DNA of 64,000 nt from an uncultured Thermoplasmata archaeon (lineage in GTDB: Archaea > Thermoplasmatota > Poseidoniia > MGIII > CG-Epi1). The stretch is taken from positions 730 to 64,729 of the forward strand of contig CAXHBG010000001.1 of assembly GCA_964015055.1 (NCBI GenBank), written 5' to 3'. The position numbers were made by a program, and so were the translations under genes. Below, in pieces: positions 17,804-28,098 of this stretch (the first letter of the stretch is position 1; each line of letters begins with the position of its first letter). The notes below the pieces were generated by a model. That model was not told the origin of the DNA and ran no database searches. It saw only the letters and a list, made by a program, of their open reading frames with translations.

Positions 17804-18847
17804 GTGCAGCGTCAGCTTTCCCTTAGCGATTCAGAAGATGCCGTCAGTCCAATAATAGGTACTGTTTTAATATTGGCAATTATGGTTTCTATAACGGGAA
17901 CCATGCTTGCTTGGGGTATTCCGCAAATTCAAGAAAGTGAAGCTTATGCAATTTACACTTCTGCTCAAAATAATTTTTTAAATTTTGATGCAGACCTAGA
18001 TCAGGTAATAGTCCAAGGCGAAGGTAGTTCTCGTTCATCAACAGTGTCATTCAGTGCTGGAACATTTGTTCACCGTGAAAATCTAGACGAAATCCGTTAT
18101 TATTACGAAACCACCTCTTGGTCATCATTTGAGATTCTTGGAGTAAAAAATGGAGCAACTACATTTGCAATAATTGATAATAAAGAAGTTATAGATGATT
18201 TTGATATAACTATATCTTATCCAAACGGAACTATTTTGGAAGTGAAATCTTCAGCTTTTATTGCTTCAGGATTTCCAGCTTTGGTTTATGGGACTTCAGC
18301 TACATATACAAGTACAGCTAACGATACTGTTGTTGGTGGTTTTTTCATATATGGCGTAGACTCACTTTCGTACAAATATTCCTCTGTCTCAGGTGTTTAC
18401 AAAATGCGTTTGTTCAATGGTGGAATAGTTACTAGAGAGCCAGGAGGTATTTTCTTTGTAAGCTCGAAACCTATTATCAGATCCATTAGCACAGATGATT
18501 CCTATGAATCACTGGTTTTGTACCAAACAGATTACAATATGACTACTGGAGCTAAATCTCTAACTGGAGGAAATTATAATTTTGAAGCTAGGAATCAAGG
18601 TGGAAAAGATTCTTCTTTCGAAGTCTTTAACGTAAGAATGGGTTTTAGCGGCGAGAGTTCAATGGCATTAAAAAATTATTACTCAACGTATTGGAGTTTC
18701 AGTCCCGAAACATACACCATTTCTAGTACCCAATCAACAGCAGCAGCTAACATGGGCTTTGAGGAAGACATTTTTTACAATCAAGATACTGCATTTGACT
18801 TTAGAATTTTGGAGAGAACAATTCATGTTACGTTTAACCTCCGATGA
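17804..18847 (+). CDS. class III signal-peptide protein (DUF1628-type pilin-like), large ectodomain
   Basis: The gene has a GTG start. DAVSPIIGTVLILAIMVSITG matches the N-terminus of the pilin at 5850 (AVSPVIAVILMVAITV). Confidence 0.6.
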   Translation: MQRQLSLSDSEDAVSPIIGTVLILAIMVSITGTMLAWGIPQIQESEAYAIYTSAQNNFLNFDADLDQVIVQGEGSSRSSTVSFSAGTFVHRENLDEIRYYYETTSWSSFEILGVKNGATTFAIIDNKEVIDDFDITISYPNGTILEVKSSAFIASGFPALVYGTSATYTSTANDTVVGGFFIYGVDSLSYKYSSVSGVYKMRLFNGGIVTREPGGIFFVSSKPIIRSISTDDSYESLVLYQTDYNMTTGAKSLTGGNYNFEARNQGGKDSSFEVFNVRMGFSGESSMALKNYYSTYWSFSPETYTISSTQSTAAANMGFEEDIFYNQDTAFDFRILERTIHVTFNLR

Positions 18848-19301
18848 TTCTGGTGCATCTCAGTTAATAGGTTACGTATACACGGCATTAATTTCAGTCT
18901 TAATTTTATCTTCGATGATGCTAACATCAAGTACTATGTTGAATGGCAGCGTTTCGAATACTGCACAGGAAGAGGCTGAACAGCTTGCACTATATTTTCA
19001 ACTGGCTGTTGAAGATTTACTCAATACAGTAAGAGAATATCCAGGCTCTACTCCAGTAATGGTTTTAGATACAGGAACAGAAGCAATTAATCATGGTATA
19101 CAATACAAAGTAACTGGTTTAACCACAGGATTAAAAGTGACTACAATTCAACCTCGAGGAGGTTCGTTCGAGGTTAACTTTCCACTAGCGCCAGCAACTT
19201 CAATTGAAACTACAAATTCTGCATCTTTAAAGTCTACTACTTCTTATATAGTCATATCCTATGATGATAATCTAAAGGTTGTCAAGTTAACCTCAGGATG
19301 A
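18825..19301 (+). CDS. class III signal-peptide pilin-like protein
   Basis: I trimmed the start to MLRLTSDDSGASQLIGYVYTALISVLILSS, a short polar leader followed by a hydrophobic helix. Confidence 0.5.
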   Translation: MLRLTSDDSGASQLIGYVYTALISVLILSSMMLTSSTMLNGSVSNTAQEEAEQLALYFQLAVEDLLNTVREYPGSTPVMVLDTGTEAINHGIQYKVTGLTTGLKVTTIQPRGGSFEVNFPLAPATSIETTNSASLKSTTSYIVISYDDNLKVVKLTSG

Positions 19302-19305
19302 TAAA

Positions 19306-21564
19306 ATGAGTGCTGCAAAAGAGACATTGGACGGGGCTTCTGGATTAATTGGTGAAGAAGAGGAACAAATTGACGAAACTAAACTTTCATGGAGAGAGCG
19401 CCGTAGATTAAACAAACAGCGTAAAGCTGAAGCCAGGAAGCGTAGAGCTGCAGAGAAAGATGGAGTAATCCATGACTTGGTTATGGATGATATCGAGATT
19501 GGTGAAGATTTTGAAGAATTAGACACTTATCCGGTTAGGCCGCCTTTCTCTTACGTAAGAGTTTTATTCGATAAGAGGGATTATTCTAGATTTTACTATG
19601 TTGTTGAGCCCAAGGCTACAAAACAAGAAAAGGAAGATTTACAAACAATAAAAGATGTTTTACAGAGAGCTCTAAATATTGAGAGAGATACTCTAGATGA
19701 ATCTCAAGAAGAATTTTTGAAACAAGCAGTAGACGACATATTAGATAGTTACAGATTAAAATCACGAAAGAGTAACCGCGAAAAGATTCATTATTACATT
19801 GAGAGAGATTTGATAGGTTATGGTAAAATTGACACCATGATGCAAGATCCCAACATTGAGGATGTTTCTTGTGACGGTCCAGGAGTTGAAATTTTCGTTT
19901 ACCACAGAAGATTTGAATCTTTAAGGACGAATGTGATGTGGGAAGATGAATTAGAACTTGAACAATATATAATTCGTATGGCTCAGCGTTGTGGTAAACA
20001 TATTTCGATAGCTGAACCGCTTCTTGATGCAACATTAATGGATGGTTCACGTATAGTTATGACTCTAGGTAGGGAAGTATCTACCAAAGGTTCTACGTTT
20101 ACGATTCGGCGTTTTAGAGATGAACCGTTTACTCCTGTAGATTTACTTGAATTCAAAACGTTCTCTTCCATGCAAATAGCATTTTTCTGGCTTGCAATGC
20201 AATATGGAATGTCTATGTTGTTTGTAGGAGGTACGGCTTCAGGGAAAACCACTTCACTTAATGCATGTTCTCTTTTCCTTCCCTGGCAACATAAAATTGT
20301 TAGTATTGAAGAAACACGCGAGTTGAATTTACCACATCCGAATTGGATTCCCGGATGTACTAGACAAGGTTTTGGAGGTGAATCAGCAGGAAGTGGTGAA
20401 AAGGCAGCTGGAGAAGTTGACATGTACGATTTACTGAGAGCTGCTTTGAGGGAACGTCCAGAATACATTATTGTAGGAGAAATTAGAGGTGCTGAAGCTT
20501 ATGTTCTTTTCCAGGCAATGGCAACAGGGCACACGACGTATTCTACTTTTCACGCAGATTCAATTCAGAGTTTAGTTCACCGTTTAGAAAATAAGCCTAT
20601 TGAGATTCCTAGAGTTTTAATTCCAGCATTAGACGGCATATCAATTCAAATTCAGACTAGAGTTGGTGGAAAACGAGTAAGAAGAAATAAAGGAATTATA
20701 GAAATTATAGGTATTGATCCTCATTCACACGAGTTACTTACAAATGAAGCATTTCGATGGGACAACACCGTGGATGAATTTGTTTTCACAGGTAAATCGT
20801 ACATATTTGAAAAAATTATGATGAAAGCTAATCTCAATCGTGTCGAGATTATGGATGAGACAAAGCGAAGACAGTTAGTAATCGAATGGTGTTTGAAGAA
20901 AGGAATTAGAGATTACAAAGATTTTGCAAGAGTAGTTGCAGAATATTATGTACATCCTGAGGATGTAATGAGACAAGTTTACGAAGATATGCAGGTTGGG
21001 GGCAAGAAACGCAGACGTAAAGTTGAAGACAGAGATTTAGACTTATCAAAATCAGATGATGCTGACGTAGATGTGTCAGATTTCCCGCCAAAGGTTAGGC
21101 AAAAGTATCAAACACGTGAAGCTAAGGAACAAGCAGCTCGGGCTAAGAGTGATGCAAAAATTTCGCAAACTGACGATCCTACTAAGAGAGCTAATTTAAT
21201 TGCTAAAGAAGAGCAGAGAAGAGCAAAAGTGGAAGCTAGGTTGGAGAGCGATCAGCTAAAGGACCAAGCCTATTATGTACCATTAAAGCAATTAAAACCA
21301 TTAGCTAAGCAAATAAGCCTAGGTGATGTATCATCATTAAATGAAGTTGAAGGAAGAAGAATGTTAAAAGATGTCCGTTCAGAAATGAATAAAAAGTCTA
21401 AGGCAGAAACTAACATTTCTAAACTAGATGCTTCAGATAAAAAAGAAAAGGCAATTTCTTCAGAGGAAGAAAGAGCATCTAAGGCATTGAACAGTTTAAA
21501 AGCTAAGCTAGCAAATAGGGTACAGCGATCAGCTAACCCACGTTGGTGGCATTCATGGCTCTGA
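19306..21564 (+). CDS. type IV pilus/archaellum assembly ATPase (FlaI/PilB/VirB11-like) with long charged N- and C-terminal extensions
   Basis: GGTASGKTT is the Walker A. The Asp box, His box and RxxxE pattern fit secretion ATPases. The final ~200 aa are low-complexity and rich in K/E/R/A. Confidence 0.85.
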   Translation: MSAAKETLDGASGLIGEEEEQIDETKLSWRERRRLNKQRKAEARKRRAAEKDGVIHDLVMDDIEIGEDFEELDTYPVRPPFSYVRVLFDKRDYSRFYYVVEPKATKQEKEDLQTIKDVLQRALNIERDTLDESQEEFLKQAVDDILDSYRLKSRKSNREKIHYYIERDLIGYGKIDTMMQDPNIEDVSCDGPGVEIFVYHRRFESLRTNVMWEDELELEQYIIRMAQRCGKHISIAEPLLDATLMDGSRIVMTLGREVSTKGSTFTIRRFRDEPFTPVDLLEFKTFSSMQIAFFWLAMQYGMSMLFVGGTASGKTTSLNACSLFLPWQHKIVSIEETRELNLPHPNWIPGCTRQGFGGESAGSGEKAAGEVDMYDLLRAALRERPEYIIVGEIRGAEAYVLFQAMATGHTTYSTFHADSIQSLVHRLENKPIEIPRVLIPALDGISIQIQTRVGGKRVRRNKGIIEIIGIDPHSHELLTNEAFRWDNTVDEFVFTGKSYIFEKIMMKANLNRVEIMDETKRRQLVIEWCLKKGIRDYKDFARVVAEYYVHPEDVMRQVYEDMQVGGKKRRRKVEDRDLDLSKSDDADVDVSDFPPKVRQKYQTREAKEQAARAKSDAKISQTDDPTKRANLIAKEEQRRAKVEARLESDQLKDQAYYVPLKQLKPLAKQISLGDVSSLNEVEGRRMLKDVRSEMNKKSKAETNISKLDASDKKEKAISSEEERASKALNSLKAKLANRVQRSANPRWWHSWL

Positions 21565-22502
21565 CCGGTTTAACTGGCTTCGAAACCTTCAGCCGAGTTT
21601 TGCTTGGTTGGTTTGGCCGAATGGTTACTAAAGATTCGGTTGATTTAAAAAATCAATTAGTGAAAGCAAGAATTCCACTTCTTCCAGAAGATTACGTAGC
21701 GTCCTCAGCCATGCAAGTAATTTTAGCTTTTTTAGGAGGGATAGCTGTTTCTCTTGCCATTGTTGGATTTCTAGTTCCTCAACTTGAAACAATGGATGAT
21801 CCTGCCAACGCAGGAGAGAAATTTGATATTTCAAATACTATTCAATATGCAATTATCGCACTTTTGGTATTTGTTTTGCCTGCTCTAATTGCATTAGTAC
21901 AATTTTTGACTCCAGCATTATTAGAAAGTAGCCGAGGAACTAACATGGACAGACAAATTCCTTTTGCAGCAAGTTATGTTTCTGCAATGGCTGCAGCTAA
22001 CGCGACACCTTCAATGACTTTTAAATCTTTAGCCAGGAATAAAGACATTTACGGTGAAATTTCGAACGAAGCTGCATGGATTTATCACAGCATGGAATTC
22101 ATGGGAAGAGACTTAGTTACAACTTTAAAAGAGGCTGTTGATAGAACACCTTCAGAGAGATTTGCAGAGTTTATTCAAGGAATTATAGGAACTGTAACCT
22201 CAGGAGGTAATCTCAAATTATATTTCCTTAATCGTTCAGAGTATTATGCTCAACAAAATAGAGTTCATGTTAAAGATGTTTTACAGCAGATGGCTTTGTT
22301 TTCTGAAGCATATGTGGTTGTAGCAGTCGCATTGCCTATTTTTGCTATGATTATCGCAGTTATTACTTTCTGGGTTTCAGGAGCAGGTATGAAACTTGAA
22401 GAGATACACATGTACTTGTTAATATTTGCAGGATTTCCAGTAATCCAATTAATTTTTTCAGGTCTATTCTACAGTTTAAGTTCGGAGATATCAAACGATT
22501 AA
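21543..22502 (+). CDS. type II secretion system F-domain membrane protein (FlaJ/TadC-like), first of two
   Basis: The architecture is typical of T2SSF: a TM helix, a helical cytoplasmic domain, and TM helices. Confidence 0.65.
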   Translation: MVAFMALTGLTGFETFSRVLLGWFGRMVTKDSVDLKNQLVKARIPLLPEDYVASSAMQVILAFLGGIAVSLAIVGFLVPQLETMDDPANAGEKFDISNTIQYAIIALLVFVLPALIALVQFLTPALLESSRGTNMDRQIPFAASYVSAMAAANATPSMTFKSLARNKDIYGEISNEAAWIYHSMEFMGRDLVTTLKEAVDRTPSERFAEFIQGIIGTVTSGGNLKLYFLNRSEYYAQQNRVHVKDVLQQMALFSEAYVVVAVALPIFAMIIAVITFWVSGAGMKLEEIHMYLLIFAGFPVIQLIFSGLFYSLSSEISND

Positions 22503-23740
22503 TGGCTATTAAAGGCAACCTACAGAAGAAGGTATATCGCGATAAGCGAACCGGCGTAAAGCGAAGATGGATGGAATATAGCAAAGTTGACAGGTGGCTG
22601 TCGGTTAGAGATAAAGTAACTGATTGGGCTCCAGCATTTGTGGCATTTTTTTCTATAATTTTTGCATTATTTTTCTTTATGATTGCCAATATCAATAATA
22701 CTACTGATGCTCAAACATTAGTTGTTGATACTGATGCAGATAAACAGTTTGATAATCCTTGGCACATGAATGATGGTCAATTTTCATTTACGTTTGGGAA
22801 TACATACAATGAAGCAGGTGGCCAGCAAAATCGTGTCGAAGCGATATATGGATTAGGCCTTCCGGCCATTAGAAGTAATGAATCAGTTGATTCTGACCCA
22901 TTAGTAGATGGGATTGAGAACGAAATGACAGCTAATGAATGGTTCCGCTCATTTCCAGAGATTTCTGCAATTGACTATATCGTATTTGGAATTATATCTC
23001 TGATTTTACCATATGGAATTTACGGATACCGCAGAGATCAAATTAGAGCTAGAGTCGAAGAAAAATTCCCTGATTTTTTAAGAGATTTAGCAGAATATTG
23101 GAAAGGCGGTCTTAGTATGACTGTAGCTATTCAAACACTTGCTAAAGGAGAATATGGAAATCTTAATGACGAAGTTAATAAGATGTCTTCGCAGATTTCT
23201 TGGGGGGTTTCTTTTGGTGAAGTTTTGGAAATGTTCACAGAGAGAGTGACCTCACCTATTGTTACTCGTGCGGTTAGGATGGTAGATGAGGCAAATAGGG
23301 CAGGCGGTAAAATTTCAGATATCTTACTTGCAGCTTCATACGATGCCCGAGAGATTAAGGCTCTTGAGACTGAAAGAAGGCAAGAAGTAGGTAGTTATGT
23401 TACAGTTATTTACGCATCTTTCTTCGTTTACCTAGGAATAATTTTAGTTTTAGCTTCTACATTTATTCCTGCTATTGTCGATTCTTCAGCAGCAACTGGC
23501 GGCGGCGGAACAATGTCTATTGGTAACTTAACTATCAGAGAAATGAATGAAGTTTGGATTTCAACAGTTTTCCTTTACAGTTTAATAATTCAAGGAACCG
23601 GAATGGGATTGGCAGCAGGGTTCATGTCTACAGGTAGATTATATTCTGCATTTTTGAGAGCTTCATTCCTGTTGTTCCTGGGCTGGCTTATTTTTGAATT
23701 AGCAGGCATTACAACATCAATGATTACTCCACAAATTTAG
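22502..23740 (+). CDS. type II secretion system F-domain membrane protein (FlaJ/TadC-like), second of two
   Basis: FLRDLAEYW...GVSFGEVLEMFTERV and TM helices are typical of T2SSF. The gene is adjacent to the ATPase. Confidence 0.65.
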   Translation: MAIKGNLQKKVYRDKRTGVKRRWMEYSKVDRWLSVRDKVTDWAPAFVAFFSIIFALFFFMIANINNTTDAQTLVVDTDADKQFDNPWHMNDGQFSFTFGNTYNEAGGQQNRVEAIYGLGLPAIRSNESVDSDPLVDGIENEMTANEWFRSFPEISAIDYIVFGIISLILPYGIYGYRRDQIRARVEEKFPDFLRDLAEYWKGGLSMTVAIQTLAKGEYGNLNDEVNKMSSQISWGVSFGEVLEMFTERVTSPIVTRAVRMVDEANRAGGKISDILLAASYDAREIKALETERRQEVGSYVTVIYASFFVYLGIILVLASTFIPAIVDSSAATGGGGTMSIGNLTIREMNEVWISTVFLYSLIIQGTGMGLAAGFMSTGRLYSAFLRASFLLFLGWLIFELAGITTSMITPQI

Positions 23741-23751
23741 GAGATTATTAG

Positions 23752-24204
23752 ATGAAAAATACTAAAGGACAGATGCATGTTTTGGAAGTATTGCTAGTAG
23801 GAGTGCTCTTTACTTCAGCAGTGAATGTAGCAGTTAATATCTTGCCTACAAGTGATGCAGATAATTCAGAACAAAGCGATCTTTATTTTTCAGGAATGGA
23901 AATTTTAGAAATATTAGATAACTGGGAGCCATCGAATTCTGATATTTCGGCTAAGCACAATGGCTCAACATTGTCATGGTGGTTAGCTACTAATAATGAT
24001 TCAGCAATAAAGCAATACCTTGATGCCGGCCTTTCTTCTTCAATTTCATACAGGCTAGAAGCTACACATGGTTCACAAAATGAGGTTATTGTTGATAGAG
24101 AAATCCCCGATGGAGAAGTAAGTACTTCCTTTAGATTAGTTTGGAGCGATAACGAGCTTTGGGATATAAGTCTACATCTATGGTATGGTTATAGGGAGGT
24201 CTAA
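23752..24204 (+). CDS. class III signal-peptide minor pilin-like protein
   Basis: MKNTKGQMHVLEVLLVGVLFTSAV has a KGQ-hydrophobic prepilin pattern. Confidence 0.55.
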   Translation: MKNTKGQMHVLEVLLVGVLFTSAVNVAVNILPTSDADNSEQSDLYFSGMEILEILDNWEPSNSDISAKHNGSTLSWWLATNNDSAIKQYLDAGLSSSISYRLEATHGSQNEVIVDREIPDGEVSTSFRLVWSDNELWDISLHLWYGYREV

Positions 24205-24593
24205 TGAACACAAAAGGTCAACTTCTTTTAGTTTCTGGTCTTCTAATGTCTATCACATTGATAGCAGTCAGTAGTACTATTACACATTCAGTTAATATGG
24301 GCGCACATCAAGGTGAAAGACATGATTTAACTCCTCAAATCAGCTCAATTGAAAGTAATTTTCCTTTAGCTTTAGAATATCAGATTGATCAAGATGATGG
24401 CTCAGCTTCGTTAATTGAATCATTTGAAGTTGTAGCTGAAGATTTTGAATATCGATTTGCACTTAGAGGTATCTCTCTATCTTTTGATCTTAAATCATCA
24501 TCTTTGAATTCTGGGACATATAATTTTGTCTATGAATATATTCTGGGCGATGGAATAATTACTATCTCTTTATCTAAGACTACTACCTTTTAA
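24204..24593 (+). CDS. class III signal-peptide minor pilin-like protein
   Basis: MNTKGQLLLVSGLLMSITLIAV shows the same pattern. It is translationally coupled to the previous gene. Confidence 0.5.
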   Translation: MNTKGQLLLVSGLLMSITLIAVSSTITHSVNMGAHQGERHDLTPQISSIESNFPLALEYQIDQDDGSASLIESFEVVAEDFEYRFALRGISLSFDLKSSSLNSGTYNFVYEYILGDGIITISLSKTTTF

Positions 24594-24594
24594 T

Positions 24595-24909
24595 TTATTC
24601 TTGTGAGGTTGTAAAAGAGGAAATAGTTCTTTTAAACATTCCTCCGAAACCAATAACTGTAGTTATTAATATTCCAACAAACATTATTAGATAACCTAAG
24701 TATAATTGTTCTAAATTATTATTAAAATCTGTTTGATTAGTTTCTCCATTGAGAGCCATCAATCTGATAAGGCCTAAAATAAATCCTGCAATCAATAAAA
24801 TAAATCCAATACTAATTCCTATTTCTGAAGTTGTAAATCCATCTTCTTCTACATCTGGTTTTCCTTTAAAATCTGGAAAATTATCGTTACCCGTTTCTTC
24901 ATCAGACAT
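24595..24909 (-). CDS. small two-TM membrane protein
   Basis: There are two hydrophobic helices and an acidic N-terminus. Confidence 0.4.
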   Translation of the reverse strand: MSDEETGNDNFPDFKGKPDVEEDGFTTSEIGISIGFILLIAGFILGLIRLMALNGETNQTDFNNNLEQLYLGYLIMFVGILITTVIGFGGMFKRTISSFTTSQE

Positions 24910-24953
24910 AATACAGCCAGAAATAATAGGTTAATAAGCTTGCCCTTATTATT

Positions 24954-26555
24954 TTAGTTTATTTTCTTATGTTCTAGAGCGGCTTTCACTAATCCGAAAT
25001 GTAATGGTGACGGATTATCAGGTCTTGATTTGAATTCAGGATGAAATTGCGATGCCATAAAATAAGGATGATTTTCTAACTCGAGAATCTCCATACGCCT
25101 TCCGCTTTTATCTCTTCCAGTATATTTCATTCCCTTTTCTTCAATTTGTGTTATATATTCTGGATTGATTTCGTATCTGTGGCGATGCCTCTCAAATATA
25201 GTATTACTACTGTACAACTCTCGGGCTTTTCCACCTGAAATTACAACTTCATGGTCTCCTAATCTCATAGTAGCTCCCATATCCTTTACACCTTCTTGTT
25301 CAGGTAATATGTCTACTACAGAATGCTTTCCTTCAGAATCTAGCTCCGATGAATTAGCACCTTTTAATCCTAAAACGTTACGAGCGAATTCCACAGTAGC
25401 TAGCTGAAATCCAAAACAAACACCAAGGTATGGGGTATTGGTTTCACGAGCCCATTTAGCACTCATTATTTTGCCTTCTGAGCCTCTACTTCCGAATCCA
25501 CCAGGAACTAGAACACCATTTACACCTTCGAGGCTTTTTGTATTTCCACTATCTTCTAAATCAGGCGCTTCAATCCATCTTATTCTAACTTTACAATCAA
25601 GTAATGCCCCTGCATATCTCAAGGATTCCTCATGGGATATGTACGAATCTTTCAAATCCGTATATTTTCCTATTAAAGCAATTTCTACAGTATTTTTACC
25701 ATTTGAAATCCTTTCAGCAAAATCTTCCCATTTAGTTAGGTCAGGTGTTTTAGGTGTAAGTCCTAGACGTTTCTCAACTAAGCTAGGTAATTTTTGTTCT
25801 AGGAAGACCATAGGTACATCGTAAATGGATCTTGCATCAGGGGCAGAGATTACACATTCACGAGGTATATCAGCAAAAAATGCGATTTTTGTGGCTATTT
25901 CTTCTTCAAGTTTTGTACTACTTCTTCCTACAATAATGTCAGGTCTTATTCCTAGCCCCTGCAGTTCTTTTACAGAGTGTTGAGTTGGCTTTGTTTTTTG
26001 CTCTCCAACTGCACCTACCACTGGAACCAGTGTGGTATGAATGACCATTACATTTTCTTTACCTTCTAACCTTCCCAATAATCTTACAGCCTCCATGAAC
26101 GGCATAGATTCAATATCTCCCACAGTACCTCCTAATTCCACCATACAAATGTCGGCCTTAGCACTTTTAGCGGCGGTTTGTATTCCATCTACAATTTCAC
26201 GAACTACGTGTGGAATTATTTGAACAGTTTGACCTAGATAATCACCGCGTCTTTCTTTTTCGATTACATTCTTGAAAACTTTTCCTGTAGTAATATTATG
26301 ATCTTTTGTCAAATTACAACTTAAAAACCTTTCATAATTTCCTAAATCTAAATCTACCTCTGAACCATCAGTCATTACAAAGACTTCACCATGTTCGTAT
26401 GGATTCATAGTCCCAGCGTCTACGTTTAGATATGGATCAATTTTAACAGCTGTTACTTTGTATCCTGCGCGTTGCAGTAGTAATCCAGTAGAAGACGATG
26501 TAATTCCTTTTCCTATTCCAGAAAGAACTCCGCCGGTCACAAGTATATATTTCAT
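24954..26555 (-). CDS. pyrG: CTP synthase
   Basis: The N-terminal YILVTGGVLSGIGKG matches, and the C-terminal glutamine amidotransferase domain has GVCFGFQ. Confidence 0.9.
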   Translation of the reverse strand: MKYILVTGGVLSGIGKGITSSSTGLLLQRAGYKVTAVKIDPYLNVDAGTMNPYEHGEVFVMTDGSEVDLDLGNYERFLSCNLTKDHNITTGKVFKNVIEKERRGDYLGQTVQIIPHVVREIVDGIQTAAKSAKADICMVELGGTVGDIESMPFMEAVRLLGRLEGKENVMVIHTTLVPVVGAVGEQKTKPTQHSVKELQGLGIRPDIIVGRSSTKLEEEIATKIAFFADIPRECVISAPDARSIYDVPMVFLEQKLPSLVEKRLGLTPKTPDLTKWEDFAERISNGKNTVEIALIGKYTDLKDSYISHEESLRYAGALLDCKVRIRWIEAPDLEDSGNTKSLEGVNGVLVPGGFGSRGSEGKIMSAKWARETNTPYLGVCFGFQLATVEFARNVLGLKGANSSELDSEGKHSVVDILPEQEGVKDMGATMRLGDHEVVISGGKARELYSSNTIFERHRHRYEINPEYITQIEEKGMKYTGRDKSGRRMEILELENHPYFMASQFHPEFKSRPDNPSPLHFGLVKAALEHKKIN

Positions 26556-26633
26556 TGACTCAACGGACTAATACATGTTGGAAGCTCCCTATAAGGCCGT
26601 CGGTCCACTTATACCCCTTTTCACTGATGTATT

Positions 26634-27536
26634 GTGACAGTTGATATTAAACGGCATAATAGTAAACTATTTTGGTTTGATTTAGAGCCCAATAATGAAA
26701 AAGAATTTATTACAATTTATATTTTAAAAGATGAAAAAATAACGCTAATTGAAACAGGTCCAGCTTGTTCACATGCTAATCTAATTAAGGGAATAAATAA
26801 TGCTGGACTTGCATTGTCAGATATAGACTTTATTGTTCCTACTCATATTCACCTAGATCATTTTGGCGGAGGAGGCCACATCATGGAAGTCTGTCATAAT
26901 GCTAAAGCAGTAGTACATCCAAATGCAACATATCATGTTTCTAATATAGATAAGTGGTGGTCAGGTAGTCTTGATTTTTTAGGAGACGTTGCAGAGTTGT
27001 ATGGAGAGCCTTTACCAATCCCTAAAGAAAGGATAATATCTGCTGAAGACGGTTTTAAACTGGATTTAGGTACGTCAACGTTGGATGCCGTACACACGCC
27101 CGGACACGCTCCACATCACATAACCTGGATAAATAAGGAGTCAGCTTTTGTTGGCGATTCTCTAGGACTTTGGTATCCGGAAATAAATAAGGCATTTCCA
27201 GTTACTCCAGGATACTACCGGCACGACTTGGCTTTGCAAAGTATAAGCTACATGTCTAAATTGAATATAGATGAATTATTTTACACGCATTTTGGACCAA
27301 GGCCAGCAGCAGGTGCATTTCAGCAAACAATTAATGAATTTGAGACTTGGATGTCTATCGTAGAAGATGGCATTAACGAAAATCTTAGCTCAAAAGAAAT
27401 ATTGGATTCTTTATTTTTAAAGCAAGACGGATTAAAACTTACAGATATTAAGCATGGAATACATCAGAGAAATACTCATTTAGGTTCCATTGAAGGGATG
27501 ATGGGTTGGATTAAAAGAGAAAATGAGAAAAACTAA
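26634..27536 (+). CDS. metallo-beta-lactamase fold hydrolase
   Basis: HIHLDHFGG is the HxHxDH motif. Downstream His and Asp ligands are HTPGHAPHH. The gene has a GTG start. Confidence 0.7.
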   Translation: MTVDIKRHNSKLFWFDLEPNNEKEFITIYILKDEKITLIETGPACSHANLIKGINNAGLALSDIDFIVPTHIHLDHFGGGGHIMEVCHNAKAVVHPNATYHVSNIDKWWSGSLDFLGDVAELYGEPLPIPKERIISAEDGFKLDLGTSTLDAVHTPGHAPHHITWINKESAFVGDSLGLWYPEINKAFPVTPGYYRHDLALQSISYMSKLNIDELFYTHFGPRPAAGAFQQTINEFETWMSIVEDGINENLSSKEILDSLFLKQDGLKLTDIKHGIHQRNTHLGSIEGMMGWIKRENEKN

Positions 27537-28098
27537 CACTATTTCAGCAGTCGAAAAATCTCCATTTCCTCATGTGGTTGTTGAAGATTTTCTGGATGAT
27601 GATACATTAGATTTAGTGATTGATGCACTTGCTGGACTTGAGTACAGTTTTAGTGAATCTGATCTTTTTAGCTATTGGGCGAGTGTGAAGTTAACTGACA
27701 TTGATCATCCTGCGCTCAACGTTTTGAGAGAGGATCTAGGTGATAAGTCGTGGAGAAAAGAAGTTTCACAAGCTTTTCAAGTCTCTAAGTTGTCTAGAAT
27801 AGACATGGCAGCATACGTTTACGGCCAAGGGGATTTTTTACTGCCACACGATGATCAAGTAGAAGACCGCATCATAGCTTACAGTTTGCATCTAACTCCG
27901 GATTTAGAAGAATTGGATGGAGGTTCACTAGATCTTTTTGAAGGCAAAAAAGATGGCACTTCTAAATTAGTTAAATCAATAATTCCTAAATTTAATTCAT
28001 TGAATATGTTTGAGGTTTCGGAGACTTCTTGGCACCAAGTTAGTGAAATTTTGACAGATATTCAGAGGTTAACTCTTACAGGCTGGTACCATGTCTGA
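27523..28098 (+). CDS. 2-oxoglutarate/Fe(II)-dependent oxygenase (prolyl-hydroxylase-like DSBH)
   Basis: PHDD is the HxD motif. IIAYSLHLTPDLEELDGGSL and a downstream WHQV His plus RLTLTGWYH match the 2OG-FeII_Oxy_3 consensus. Confidence 0.6.
   Translation: MRKTNTISAVEKSPFPHVVVEDFLDDDTLDLVIDALAGLEYSFSESDLFSYWASVKLTDIDHPALNVLREDLGDKSWRKEVSQAFQVSKLSRIDMAAYVYGQGDFLLPHDDQVEDRIIAYSLHLTPDLEELDGGSLDLFEGKKDGTSKLVKSIIPKFNSLNMFEVSETSWHQVSEILTDIQRLTLTGWYHV

Noticed and set aside
18759-18824. Upstream start of the second pilin-like gene (MRKTFFTIKILH...)
   Set aside because: It overlaps the preceding gene by 89 nt. The class III signal peptide begins at the internal Met (MLRLTSDDSGASQLIGYV).
19616-20468. 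Two antisense ORFs (144 and 161 aa) inside the FlaI-like ATPase gene
   Set aside because: Both lie within the conserved ATPase core of a confidently called gene, and neither has a motif.
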